From an uncultured Muribaculaceae bacterium (lineage in GTDB: Bacteria; Bacteroidota; Bacteroidia; Bacteroidales; Muribaculaceae): a stretch of DNA of 64,000 nt. The notes beneath the pieces are model-generated. The model saw only the letters and a program-made list of their open reading frames with translations, searched no databases and had not been told where the DNA came from. Where the stretch lies: NCBI GenBank assembly GCA_964395975.1, contig CAYNBZ010000001.1:28267-92266 (forward strand), read 5' to 3'. A program made the position numbers and the translations under genes. Of this stretch, positions 49,662 through 59,400 are shown piece after piece. Numbering within the stretch: position 1 is the stretch's first letter; every line of letters begins with the position of its first letter.

Positions 49662-49768
49662 TCTTAAATTATGCTTAAAGTAGTTTGTTTTTTGTTGCGC
49701 CTTGATGTGTCCGAGCGTGAAAGTCGTTGGTTATATGGAGGGAAAGCTATAAAAAGATAAAGTTTGGT

Positions 49769-51331
49769 ATGAATTTAGACATAGCATTAGTCTTGGTAGC
49801 TCTTGTGGCAATGCTTGCAGCATTGGTTGCCGACAAACAACGACCGGGGATGATATTGTTTTCGGTAGTAGTATTCTTTTTGTGTTGCGGTATTATTTCT
49901 CCTCGAGAACTTTTAGAAGGTTTCAGTAACAAAGGAATGATAACAGTGGCACTGCTCTATCTGGTTAGCGAGGGAATCAGACAATCGGGAGCGTTAAGCC
50001 AAATGATAAAGAAAATTTTGCCGCAAGGTAATGCAACGGTTTTCAAGGCGCAATTGCGCATGTTGCCGGCCATTGGTTGCATTTCGGCTTTCCTTAACAA
50101 TACGCCAGTAGTGGTGATCTTTGCTCCTATTATAAAAAGGTGGGCAAAGTCGGTTAACTTGCCTGCGACAAAATTTTTGATACCGCTTTCTTATGTGACA
50201 ATTCTCGGAGGCTTGTGTACACTTATAGGCACATCCACCAACCTTGTAGTGCATGGCATGATGATAGATGCCGGTTACAAGGGAATGTCGATGTTTGAAT
50301 TGACTTGTATTGGTGTCCCGATTACCGTAGTCGGCATTGCTTACATACTTTTTGCGTCTAAACGACTATTGCCTGAAGAACGCCGAAGTGCCGAAATTGT
50401 GGAAGAAGAGGAGGAAAAGACTGAAAATTTACATCCTGTGGAAGTAGTGTTGGGAGCTCGTTTCCCTGGAATCAATAAGACACTTAAAGAATTTGATTTC
50501 AAACGTCATTATGGGGCAGAGGTCAAAGAAATAAAACGCTATGGCGAAGCCATCACTAAACGTGTTGATAGAGTGCGTTTGTGTGAAGGTGATACGCTTG
50601 TTATTCTTGCCGATGATTCATTTGTCGAAGCGTGGGGGGAGTCGTCGGTGTTCCTTATGATTGCCAATGGCAAAGATGCCACACCACAGCCAAAGCGAAG
50701 CAAGCGTACATTTGCATTAGTGTTGGTTATACTTATGATTGTAGGGGCTACGATCGGTGAATTGCCGGTGACACAAGAAATGTTCCCTAATATAAAGCTT
50801 GACATGTTCTTCTTTGCTGCGGTAACAACTGTCATCATGGCATGGACCAATATTTTCCCGGCCCGAAAATATACCAAGTTTATATCATGGGACATATTGA
50901 TAACCATAGCTTGTGCATTTGCCATAAGCAAGGCTATGACCAATTCGGGACTTGCCGACATGATTGCCAACTTTATCATTACCGTGAGCTATAGCTTTGG
51001 ACCGTATGTGTTGCTTGCAATATTGTATTTGATAACGAATATAATCACCGAACTCATAACCAATAATGCAGCTGCTGCACTTGCTTTTCCACTTGCATTG
51101 TCGCTTGCCAGCCAACTTGGAGTGGATCCTATGCCATTTTTTATGGTAATTTGTGTTGCGGCGACGGCAAGTTTTTCCACACCGATAGGCTATCAAACCA
51201 ATCTTATTGTACAAGGTATTGGAAATTATAAATTTACGGATTTTGTGAAAGTGGGTTTGCCTCTCAACATAATTTGTTTCTTGATTTCAATATTCCTGAT
51301 ACCTCAGATATGGCCTTTTGAACTTAATTAG
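49769..51331 (+). CDS. SLC13/DASS-type anion permease with an internal TrkA-C domain (probable sulfate transporter)
   Basis: About 520 aa. Two polytopic halves are separated by a cytoplasmic RCK_C-like segment (VEVVLGARFPGINKTLKEF...GDTLVILAD). It is the first gene of the cysCDN cluster. I prefer the ATG at 49769. Confidence 0.75.
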   Translation: MNLDIALVLVALVAMLAALVADKQRPGMILFSVVVFFLCCGIISPRELLEGFSNKGMITVALLYLVSEGIRQSGALSQMIKKILPQGNATVFKAQLRMLPAIGCISAFLNNTPVVVIFAPIIKRWAKSVNLPATKFLIPLSYVTILGGLCTLIGTSTNLVVHGMMIDAGYKGMSMFELTCIGVPITVVGIAYILFASKRLLPEERRSAEIVEEEEEKTENLHPVEVVLGARFPGINKTLKEFDFKRHYGAEVKEIKRYGEAITKRVDRVRLCEGDTLVILADDSFVEAWGESSVFLMIANGKDATPQPKRSKRTFALVLVILMIVGATIGELPVTQEMFPNIKLDMFFFAAVTTVIMAWTNIFPARKYTKFISWDILITIACAFAISKAMTNSGLADMIANFIITVSYSFGPYVLLAILYLITNIITELITNNAAAALAFPLALSLASQLGVDPMPFFMVICVAATASFSTPIGYQTNLIVQGIGNYKFTDFVKVGLPLNIICFLISIFLIPQIWPFELN

Positions 51332-51337
51332 ACTATA

Positions 51338-51943
51338 ATGGAAGATAAAAACATATATCCTGTGTTCGACAAGATGCTTCAGCGTTCCGACAAAGAAACA
51401 TTGTTGGGACAACGAGGATTAATGGTGTGGTTTACAGGTCTTAGTGGCTCGGGAAAGAGTACGATAGCAATAGTACTCGAACGCGAATTGCAGAGCCGTG
51501 GCATATTGTGTCGTCTGCTTGATGGCGATAATATACGTACCGGCATTAACAACAACCTTGGATTTAGCGAAAACGACCGTATGGAAAATATTCGCCGTAT
51601 TGCCGAGGTGGCAAAATTATTTGTAGATACTGGCATAGTCACTTTGGCCGCGTTTATCAGTCCGTTGAAATCAATGCGCCGTATGGCTGCCGATATTATA
51701 GGGAAAGATGATTTTGTTGAAATATACGTTAGTACTCCTATCGAGGAATGTGAACGGCGTGATGTGAAAGGACTATATGCTAAGGCACGTCGTGGCGAAA
51801 TCAAGGATTTCACCGGAATTTCTGCTCCTTTCGAAGCTCCTGAAGATCCCACGCTTGTCCTTGATACTTCTCGTTTATCGTTGCAGCAGTCGGTTGAGGC
51901 TGTATTGCAACTTGTGTTACCAAAGATATATAAGAAATATTAG
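51338..51943 (+). CDS. cysC: Adenylyl-sulfate (APS) kinase
   Basis: 201 aa. P-loop WFTGLSGSGKSTIA and LDGDNIR motif. Confidence 0.9.
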   Translation: MEDKNIYPVFDKMLQRSDKETLLGQRGLMVWFTGLSGSGKSTIAIVLERELQSRGILCRLLDGDNIRTGINNNLGFSENDRMENIRRIAEVAKLFVDTGIVTLAAFISPLKSMRRMAADIIGKDDFVEIYVSTPIEECERRDVKGLYAKARRGEIKDFTGISAPFEAPEDPTLVLDTSRLSLQQSVEAVLQLVLPKIYKKY

Positions 51944-51949
51944 CTATAG

Positions 51950-52861
51950 ATGGAAGAAAATTATAAGCTGAGCCACTTGAAAGAACTTGAGGCCGAATCG
52001 ATCCACATAATACGTGAAGTAGCAGCCGAATTTGAAAATCCGGTGATGCTATATAGTATCGGCAAGGATTCGTCTGTCATGGTGCGCCTTGCCGAAAAAG
52101 CATTTTATCCGGGTAAGGTTCCGTTTCCGTTAATGCATATTGATTCGAAATGGAAATTCAAAGAAATGATACAGTTTCGTGACGAGTATGCCAAGAAATA
52201 TGGTTGGAATCTTATCGTTGAGAGTAATATGGAAGCTTTTAAGGCCGGTGTGGGGCCATTTACTCATGGCAGCAAGGTACATACCGACTTGATGAAGACT
52301 CAAGCTTTGTTACATGCTCTTGACAAATATAAATTTGATGCTGCATTTGGCGGTGCACGGCGCGATGAAGAGAAATCCCGCGCCAAGGAGCGTATTTTCT
52401 CGTTTCGCGATCGTTTCCATCAATGGGATCCGAAAAATCAGCGTCCTGAGTTGTGGAACATATACAACACACGTGTACATAAGGGAGAGAGTATAAGGGT
52501 GTTCCCCCTTAGCAATTGGACCGAACTTGATGTGTGGCAATATATAAGATTAGAAAATATTCCCATAGTGCCGTTATATTTTGCTAAAGAACGTCCGGTA
52601 GTAGAAATTGATGGCAATCTTATTATGGCCGATGACGACCGTTTGCCGGAAAAATATCGCAATAAGATACAAATGCGTATGGTGCGATTTCGCACGCTTG
52701 GTTGTTGGCCGTTGACAGGAGCTGTCGAAAGCAATGCCGATACCATTGAGAAAATCGTTGAAGAGATGATGACTACCACCAAGAGCGAGCGTACCACGCG
52801 CGTCATCGACTTTGATCAAGAGGCAAGTATGGAGCAAAAAAAACGGGAGGGGTATTTTTAA
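51950..52861 (+). CDS. cysD: Sulfate adenylyltransferase subunit 2
   Basis: 303 aa. PAPS-reductase-fold motif YSIGKDSSV and a CysD-typical C-terminus (...[10 protein letters not shown]). Confidence 0.9.
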   Translation: MEENYKLSHLKELEAESIHIIREVAAEFENPVMLYSIGKDSSVMVRLAEKAFYPGKVPFPLMHIDSKWKFKEMIQFRDEYAKKYGWNLIVESNMEAFKAGVGPFTHGSKVHTDLMKTQALLHALDKYKFDAAFGGARRDEEKSRAKERIFSFRDRFHQWDPKNQRPELWNIYNTRVHKGESIRVFPLSNWTELDVWQYIRLENIPIVPLYFAKERPVVEIDGNLIMADDDRLPEKYRNKIQMRMVRFRTLGCWPLTGAVESNADTIEKIVEEMMTTTKSERTTRVIDFDQEASMEQKKREGYF

Positions 52862-52870
52862 GCAACTACG

Positions 52871-54328
52871 ATGATGGAAAAATTAGACATAAAAGCATTC
52901 CTTGACAAAGATGAACGGAAAGATTTGTTGAGATTTCTTACAGCCGGCTCGGTCGATGATGGTAAATCAACGTTGATAGGCCATTTGCTTTATGACAGCA
53001 AGAAGATTTATGAAGACCAGCTCGATGCACTCAAGCGCGACAGCAAGCGTATTGGCAATGCCGGTGACCATATTGATTATGCTTTGTTGCTCGATGGGTT
53101 GAAGGCTGAACGCGAGCAGGGTATCACCATTGATGTGGCGTATAGGTATTTCTCTACCAATAATCGTAAGTTTATCATAGCTGACACACCGGGACATGAA
53201 CAATATACTCGCAACATGATTACCGGTGGCTCTACTGCTAACCTTGCTGTAATACTTGTTGATGCCCGTCTTGGCGTGATCACACAGACTCGCCGCCACA
53301 CATTCCTTGTGTCACTGCTTGGTATAAAGCACGTGGCGTTGGCGGTAAACAAGATGGACTTAGTTGGCTTCTCCGAAGATCGTTTTAATGAGATTGTTAC
53401 CGATTACATGAAATTTATTGAGCCGCTTGGTATCCCGGATGTAACGTGCATACCGTTGTCTGCACTTGAAGGCGACAACGTGGTGGAGAAGTCGGTTCGC
53501 ACTCCATGGTATGATGGAAAGACGCTCCTTGATTACCTTGAGACAGTGCATATAGATAACGATCACAATTTTTCAGACTTCCGATATCCGGTGCAATATG
53601 TATTGCGCCCGAATCTAGATTTCCGTGGTTTCTGTGCGAAGGTTGCTTCGGGTATTGTTTGTAAGGGTGATGAAGTTGTCGCTCTGCCGTCGGGAAAACG
53701 TTCTCGGGTAAAAAGCATAGTGACTTATGACGGAGAACTTGACCGTGCATTCCCACCACAGTCGGTTACACTCACTTTGGAAGATGAGATAGACGTGTCG
53801 CGTGGCGACATGCTTGTATGTCCCGATAATATGCCGTATGTTGGTCGAAATTTCGAGGCAATGCTTGTATGGATGGACGAAGAGGTTATGGATAACAGCA
53901 AATCATTCTTTATCAAGCATACAACCAACACAAGTCGTGCGCATATCGACAGCATCAAATATAAGGTTGATGTAAACACCATGGAACATTTATCGATAGA
54001 AAACGGCAAGCTCACCAAGGAAACGTTGCCCATGCAACTTAACCAGATAGCTCGTGTGGTTATAACCACTGCCCGTGAATTGTTCTTCGATCCATTCAAT
54101 AAAAACAAGGCTACAGGCTCGTTTATCCTCATCGATCCCATAAGTAACAACACTTGTGCCGTAGGTATGATTATCGACCGTATTGATGATAAAGACATGC
54201 TCAGTGATGCCAGTCTGCCTATACTCGACTTGCCAAAAATCGGCATAAATTCTGAGCATTACGATGCAGTTGAACGTGTTGTTAAAGAATTGTATCGTCA
54301 GGGCGTTGAAGTGAAGATTATTAAATAA
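52871..54328 (+). CDS. cysN: Sulfate adenylyltransferase subunit 1 (GTPase)
   Basis: 485 aa. G1 [13 protein letters not shown]3 DTPGHEQY, G4 NKMD. It is not fused to an APS kinase. Confidence 0.9.
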   Translation: MMEKLDIKAFLDKDERKDLLRFLTAGSVDDGKSTLIGHLLYDSKKIYEDQLDALKRDSKRIGNAGDHIDYALLLDGLKAEREQGITIDVAYRYFSTNNRKFIIADTPGHEQYTRNMITGGSTANLAVILVDARLGVITQTRRHTFLVSLLGIKHVALAVNKMDLVGFSEDRFNEIVTDYMKFIEPLGIPDVTCIPLSALEGDNVVEKSVRTPWYDGKTLLDYLETVHIDNDHNFSDFRYPVQYVLRPNLDFRGFCAKVASGIVCKGDEVVALPSGKRSRVKSIVTYDGELDRAFPPQSVTLTLEDEIDVSRGDMLVCPDNMPYVGRNFEAMLVWMDEEVMDNSKSFFIKHTTNTSRAHIDSIKYKVDVNTMEHLSIENGKLTKETLPMQLNQIARVVITTARELFFDPFNKNKATGSFILIDPISNNTCAVGMIIDRIDDKDMLSDASLPILDLPKIGINSEHYDAVERVVKELYRQGVEVKIIK

Positions 54329-54342
54329 ACGACTTATCATAC

Positions 54343-55455
54343 ATGGGATTATTGGATTTTAACAAATTGCCTGTAAACACGTTGGTTGGTGCCGACTGGG
54401 ATACCTTTAAGAAGATTACCGCAGGACGTGAGATTGGAACCGGATATGTAACCAAATATATGCTTACGAAAGGGGTATGTCGGTTGATGTCGATGTTTTC
54501 GTCCATACAAGAAGGCAAATATGCACGTCAGTTGCAGCCTATGCCTATGCTTTACGACCCTGTGTTTATTCTTGGGCATTGGCGTAGTGGAACGACGTTT
54601 GTTCACAATGTTCTTGCTTGTGACAAACACTTTGGGTATTGTACCACTTATCAGACTGTATTTCCGCATTTGATTATGTGGGGACAACCGTTTTTCAAGA
54701 AGGCGATGAGTTGGCTCATGCCCGACCATCGTCCTACCGATAACATGGAACTTGCCGTTGACCTGCCCCAAGAAGAAGAGTTTGCCCTCTCCAATATGTC
54801 ATCGTGTAATTATTACAATTTTTGGTATTTCCCTCAGGCCATGCAGGAATATGCCGAGAAGTATTTGCTCATGAATGACATTTCGGACGAAGAATTGCAG
54901 GAATTTGAGTCGGTGTTTACCAAATTGATAAAAATATCGCTGTGGAATACCAATGGGACGCAATTCTTGAGTAAAAATCCACCTCATACGGGGCGCGTGC
55001 GCGAACTTGTTAAGATGTATCCCAATGCGAAATTTATTTATTTGATGCGGAATCCATATACGGTATTTGAAAGCACTCGTAGCTTTTTTAATAATACCAT
55101 TAAGCCACTCCAATTGCAGTCTATAAGCAGTGAAGAACTTGAGCATAACATATTATCAATATATGCCAAGTTATATCATAAGTATGAAGCCGATAAAGAT
55201 TGCATACCTGCAGGGAATCTGATTGAAGTTAAATTTGAGGATTTTGAAGCGGATGCAATGGGTATGACTGAAAAAATATACAGGACACTCGATATTCCAG
55301 GATTTGATGTTGCTCGACCTGCTATTGAAAATTATGTCAGTAGCAAGAAGGGGTATAAGAAAAACAAGTACAAATATGACGACCGTACGGTACAATTAGT
55401 TCATGACAATTGGGGATTTGCACTTAACGACTGGAATTATCATCTTGATGAATGA
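54343..55455 (+). CDS. PAPS-dependent sulfotransferase family protein (cytoplasmic)
   Basis: 370 aa. 5'-phosphosulfate-binding loop GHWRSGTTFVHN and a 3'-phosphate-binding-like motif YLMRNPYTVFES. No signal peptide. It starts 14 nt after cysN. Confidence 0.8.
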   Translation: MGLLDFNKLPVNTLVGADWDTFKKITAGREIGTGYVTKYMLTKGVCRLMSMFSSIQEGKYARQLQPMPMLYDPVFILGHWRSGTTFVHNVLACDKHFGYCTTYQTVFPHLIMWGQPFFKKAMSWLMPDHRPTDNMELAVDLPQEEEFALSNMSSCNYYNFWYFPQAMQEYAEKYLLMNDISDEELQEFESVFTKLIKISLWNTNGTQFLSKNPPHTGRVRELVKMYPNAKFIYLMRNPYTVFESTRSFFNNTIKPLQLQSISSEELEHNILSIYAKLYHKYEADKDCIPAGNLIEVKFEDFEADAMGMTEKIYRTLDIPGFDVARPAIENYVSSKKGYKKNKYKYDDRTVQLVHDNWGFALNDWNYHLDE

Positions 55456-55492
55456 TTTATTGTGGTAGTAACCGCTATTGTTAAATTTGAAT

Positions 55493-56446
55493 ATGAAAGC
55501 AATAAAGTTTTTTATAGTTGCTTCGGCTTTGTGGCTTTGCGGCGAAGCAGCGGCTCAGCCGGGTGTTTATATGGTCAACTATGGCGATATGGATCATTGG
55601 ATTGACCGCCAAATTAAAGAATCGGGAATTATCGGCGGTGAAACGAAACACGTATGGGCAATCGGTCCCACAATGACTATTGAGGGGGATGAGGCTTATG
55701 TCAATAAAGGAGGCTCGCCATGGGGATCGTCTAATGTAATGGCCAAAGTGGCCGGTATTACCAAAACCAATACATCGGTTTTCCCTGAAGAGCGTGGCGA
55801 TGGTTATTGTGTCCGTCTTGAAACTCGTATGGAAAAAGTGAAAGTACTCGGACTTATTAATATGGAGGTGCTTGCTGCCGGCTCGATATTCCTTGGTAAC
55901 GTGCATGAGCCAATTAGAGGGACTAAAAATCCGCAGAAAATGCTTAATTCCGGCATACCGTTCACCAAGCGTCCCGTTGCTATCATGTTTGACTATAAAG
56001 TGCAAATGTCATCTCGGACCAATCGTATAAAAGCAACCGGCTTTGGAAGCAAAAAAGAAGTTGAAGGGCGTGATTTGCATGAGGTGAATCTGTTCCTGCA
56101 AAAACGTTGGGAAGACGAAGATGGAAATATTTATGCCAAACGCATAGGTACGATGGTGGTGCGCTTCGATGAAGATTGCGATTGGCAAAATAATGCTTCA
56201 TTTACAATTCATTATGGCGATATTACAAATGAGCCGTTTTACGATGAAAGTATGATGGGTCTTACAGATTTGCGTTATGCCGTCAATAGCAAGGGGGAAA
56301 GCGTTCCGATTCAAGAAATAGGTTGGGGTGATACTGATGATGAACCCACACACCTTCAAGTACAATTTACAGCCAGTCATGGTGGAGCCTACATTGGTTC
56401 TCCCGGCAATATTTTGTGGATTGATAATGTTAAGTTGGTGTATTAG
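55493..56446 (+). CDS. Secreted protein, probably PCMD (putative carbohydrate metabolism domain) family
   Basis: Signal peptide ending AAAQ. SPWGSSNVM, AAGSIFLGN, GIPFTKRPVAIMFDYKV and the C-terminal GSPGNILWIDNVKLVY resemble PCMD-domain proteins as I remember them. I prefer the ATG at 55493 over the TTG at 55478. Confidence 0.5.
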   Translation: MKAIKFFIVASALWLCGEAAAQPGVYMVNYGDMDHWIDRQIKESGIIGGETKHVWAIGPTMTIEGDEAYVNKGGSPWGSSNVMAKVAGITKTNTSVFPEERGDGYCVRLETRMEKVKVLGLINMEVLAAGSIFLGNVHEPIRGTKNPQKMLNSGIPFTKRPVAIMFDYKVQMSSRTNRIKATGFGSKKEVEGRDLHEVNLFLQKRWEDEDGNIYAKRIGTMVVRFDEDCDWQNNASFTIHYGDITNEPFYDESMMGLTDLRYAVNSKGESVPIQEIGWGDTDDEPTHLQVQFTASHGGAYIGSPGNILWIDNVKLVY

Positions 56447-56478
56447 TATTACAGAACATAGCATAATTGAAAAAAACT

Positions 56479-56517
56479 AGGGTGACCCTTCATGTCATTA
56501 TTGACTTTTGGGTCACC
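56479..56517. terminator. Bidirectional terminator between the sulfonation operon and the convergent GH2 gene
   Basis: 9-bp stem GGGTGACCC / GGGTCACCC, flanked by AAAAAA (left) and GCGTTTTTTC (right). Confidence 0.6.
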
Positions 56518-56544
56518 CGCGTTTTTTCAATAAGTAAAGTACAA

Positions 56545-59043
56545 TTATTCGCTGATAATGTCTATTGTACCTTTCTTTAGACCTTTGGCTGTAGCTTCAA
56601 GGGTTATTTTACCCGGAGTTTCGGTTGATGATACTATCGCTGTCATCATGCCGCTGAATACGTGCATGTGTGGTGCTTGAAACGATTCAAGTGATGCTGG
56701 ATCGCCATTGGCACCGGCACGATAGAACCCTGCACCTTTCACCTTAAACGAGATTTCGTTATCGGCAAGAGGGCATAGGTTGCCATCTTTGTCAACGACT
56801 TTTACGGTTACAAATGACAGATCTTTCCCGTCGGCCTTTATTTGTTGACGGTCTGCTTCAAGCACGATGTGATGCGGCTTGCCGGCAGTGTGCATTTCTG
56901 TTTCGGCAACTGCATTACCATCGTTGTCATAGGCTACTACTTTCACAGTGCCGGGCTCATACTTTGTATCCATCCACATGAGGCGGTAACGTTGTTGACG
57001 CAAGAAACGGTCAGATCCAACAGTGTCTTCGCTGTTTTCAACCTTTATTGATAGGTCTTTGGTTCGTTTCCCTTGGCTTTTGCCGTTTATAAATACTTCG
57101 GCTGTTGGATAATTGGTATAAACGAATATTGGTGTTACTTCCCCTTCACGGCCTTCCCAGTTCCAATGCGGTAGTACATGGAGAGTTTCGGCATCCTTGT
57201 TCCAATGGCTGCGATATAGATAATATCTGTCTTTTGGCAGTCCTGCAAGGTCAATGATTCCGAAAAGTGATGAGTGGCTTGGCCAATCGCTATAATATGG
57301 AGTAGGTTCGCCGAGATAGTCAAAGCCCGTCCATACGAACTCTCCTATGCAATAAGGAAGGTCTTCGTGTTGGATGAAGTCGTCTTCCGGAAGATTTGAC
57401 CAACTGCAATGTTCAACATCGTAGGATGATGACTGATGGTCGGGATATTTCTGCATCGACTGGCGGACAACAGGAAATTTGTAAATTCCACGGGAGCTTA
57501 CTGTAGAGGCAGTTTCGCTACCGAGTATAATTTCTTGTGGCAGTTTGTCATAGTTTTGTTGATACTTGTGCGGACGGTAGTTGAATCCTGCCACATCCAT
57601 GGTAGCCGCTATATTGTTGTTGACAACGGCATCTACATTGTCCATACCTTGTGTTACCGGTCGCGTGGGGTCTTCACGATGACAAATGTCTTGCAGGAAA
57701 CGAGACAATTTGCTTCCTAAGTTTCCCGGCCACTGATCGGGAACTTCATTGCCCACACACCACATTACGATACTTGGGTTATTGCGGAACTGATGCAAGA
57801 GATTAACCACATCTTTCTCGGCCCATTCATCAAAGAATTTATGGTATCCATTTTCCATTTTCGGCGTTTTCCATTCATCGAAGGTTTCAGCCATTACCAT
57901 AAAGCCCATTTCATCACAAGCGCGTACAAGTTCTGGAGCCGGCATATTGTGTGAAGTGCGGATGGCATTACAGCCCATGTCTTTCAGTATCCTTAACTGC
58001 CGGCGTATTCCTGCGTCATTGACGATTGCTCCCAACGGTCCAAGGTCGTGGTGGTTGCACACGCCTTTGAATACGGTGCGTTCGCCATTGAGGTAGAATC
58101 CCTTGCCGGGTATAATCTCAATTGTACGGACACCGAATGTGGAGGCATATTCGTCTTTTAAAATATTGCCTTCATAAATTTTTGATTCTGCCGAATAAAG
58201 GGTAGGAGTTTCGGGCGACCATAACGATGGATTGTCGATGATGAAGTCTTGTTCAAAGTTATTACCGTCATAGTTAGAGCCTTGTTTTTCAGCCGAAGCA
58301 ACTATGTTGCCAGATGCATCTTTCAGCTCGGTGACTATGCGGTAGTTGGAAATGCTTTTGCCTTCGGGCATTTCTAAATTAGTTGTTAGGTGTACTTTCG
58401 CAAACTCGTTGTTTACCTCCGGTGTGGTAAGATGTGTCCCCCATACAGGCACATGGGCATCTTCATTGATAATCAGGTGTACGTTGCGGTAAAGGCCGGC
58501 ACCCGGATACCAACGTGATGATTCAACCTCATTTTCAAGGCGTACTGCCAATGTATTGACACCATCCGACTTTAAATAAGGGGTAACATCAAAATGAAAA
58601 GAATTATATCCGTATGGCCAATACCCGACTTCGTGTCCATTAAGCCATACACGGGCATGGCTCATGGCTCCGTCGAAGACGAGGGTTGCCCTTTTGCTTG
58701 AAGAAAACTCTGGCGTTTCAAATTCAAGGCGATACCAGCCTACACCAATAAATGGCAGACCGCCGGTGCGCCCCGCATGTTCTATTGCTTCTGTCTGTCC
58801 ATCTTGTGAGATGGCCATGTTCTGCTTGTCATTGTCAATGCTGAAAGGTCCATATATGGCCCAATCATGCGGAACCACTACTGACTGCCACTTCGCATCG
58901 TCGAAAGTTTCGTTACTGAAGTCTTGCTGATCTTCTCGGGTGAATTTCCACCCTTTCTCGAATGTCCGTTGAACTCGCACTTGTGCCACAATTCCTTGGG
59001 TTACGAATGCAAATAAAACGGCTAATAAACAGAATGTTCGCAT
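56545..59043 (-). CDS. Glycoside hydrolase family 2 (beta-galactosidase-like), secreted
   Basis: 832 aa with a signal peptide. Sugar-binding N-domain (WKF..., VVPHDW), TIM-barrel motifs NAIRTSHNMP and NNPSIVMWCVGNEV, and C-terminal Ig-like domains. Confidence 0.85.
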   Translation of the reverse strand: MRTFCLLAVLFAFVTQGIVAQVRVQRTFEKGWKFTREDQQDFSNETFDDAKWQSVVVPHDWAIYGPFSIDNDKQNMAISQDGQTEAIEHAGRTGGLPFIGVGWYRLEFETPEFSSSKRATLVFDGAMSHARVWLNGHEVGYWPYGYNSFHFDVTPYLKSDGVNTLAVRLENEVESSRWYPGAGLYRNVHLIINEDAHVPVWGTHLTTPEVNNEFAKVHLTTNLEMPEGKSISNYRIVTELKDASGNIVASAEKQGSNYDGNNFEQDFIIDNPSLWSPETPTLYSAESKIYEGNILKDEYASTFGVRTIEIIPGKGFYLNGERTVFKGVCNHHDLGPLGAIVNDAGIRRQLRILKDMGCNAIRTSHNMPAPELVRACDEMGFMVMAETFDEWKTPKMENGYHKFFDEWAEKDVVNLLHQFRNNPSIVMWCVGNEVPDQWPGNLGSKLSRFLQDICHREDPTRPVTQGMDNVDAVVNNNIAATMDVAGFNYRPHKYQQNYDKLPQEIILGSETASTVSSRGIYKFPVVRQSMQKYPDHQSSSYDVEHCSWSNLPEDDFIQHEDLPYCIGEFVWTGFDYLGEPTPYYSDWPSHSSLFGIIDLAGLPKDRYYLYRSHWNKDAETLHVLPHWNWEGREGEVTPIFVYTNYPTAEVFINGKSQGKRTKDLSIKVENSEDTVGSDRFLRQQRYRLMWMDTKYEPGTVKVVAYDNDGNAVAETEMHTAGKPHHIVLEADRQQIKADGKDLSFVTVKVVDKDGNLCPLADNEISFKVKGAGFYRAGANGDPASLESFQAPHMHVFSGMMTAIVSSTETPGKITLEATAKGLKKGTIDIISE

Positions 59044-59400
59044 AATATATAAATATTTTTAAATGATGTTTATAAACTTAGGTAGTTTGATTGATGATGG
59101 ACAGCATATTGCTTTAATAACATAGATATATTAACAAAAGAGGTAAATATGGCATTATGAAAGCTATTTAAAAAAAAGATTATCGCCTTTTTCCTAGAGG
59201 CTAAAGATACAAAATTTTATTGTAAGACTTATGTTTTTCGCAAATAAATTGATATATGAAAAATAATCAGAAAGATTGGCATTCCTGTTTATGTATGAAG
59301 TCGTTGAGTGTGGGCAAGATGGGAGAGTGGATGTTGTGCAGATTTGACAATTTTGCCAACTGAATGGAATCCGTTATGTGGTCATCTCTTTAAAAGGATA

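Noticed and set aside
45300-56490. Recurrent (A/T)AGGGTG cores in several intergenic hairpins and repeats (45300, 47054, 49560, 49581, 56477), and resemblance to the AATAGGGA repeats at 42.5 kb, as a possible shared regulatory word
   Set aside because: The shared core is only 6-7 nt. It occurs in different structural contexts (terminator stems versus direct repeats) and could arise by chance. It is worth a genome-wide motif count but is not supportable as a feature from this window alone.
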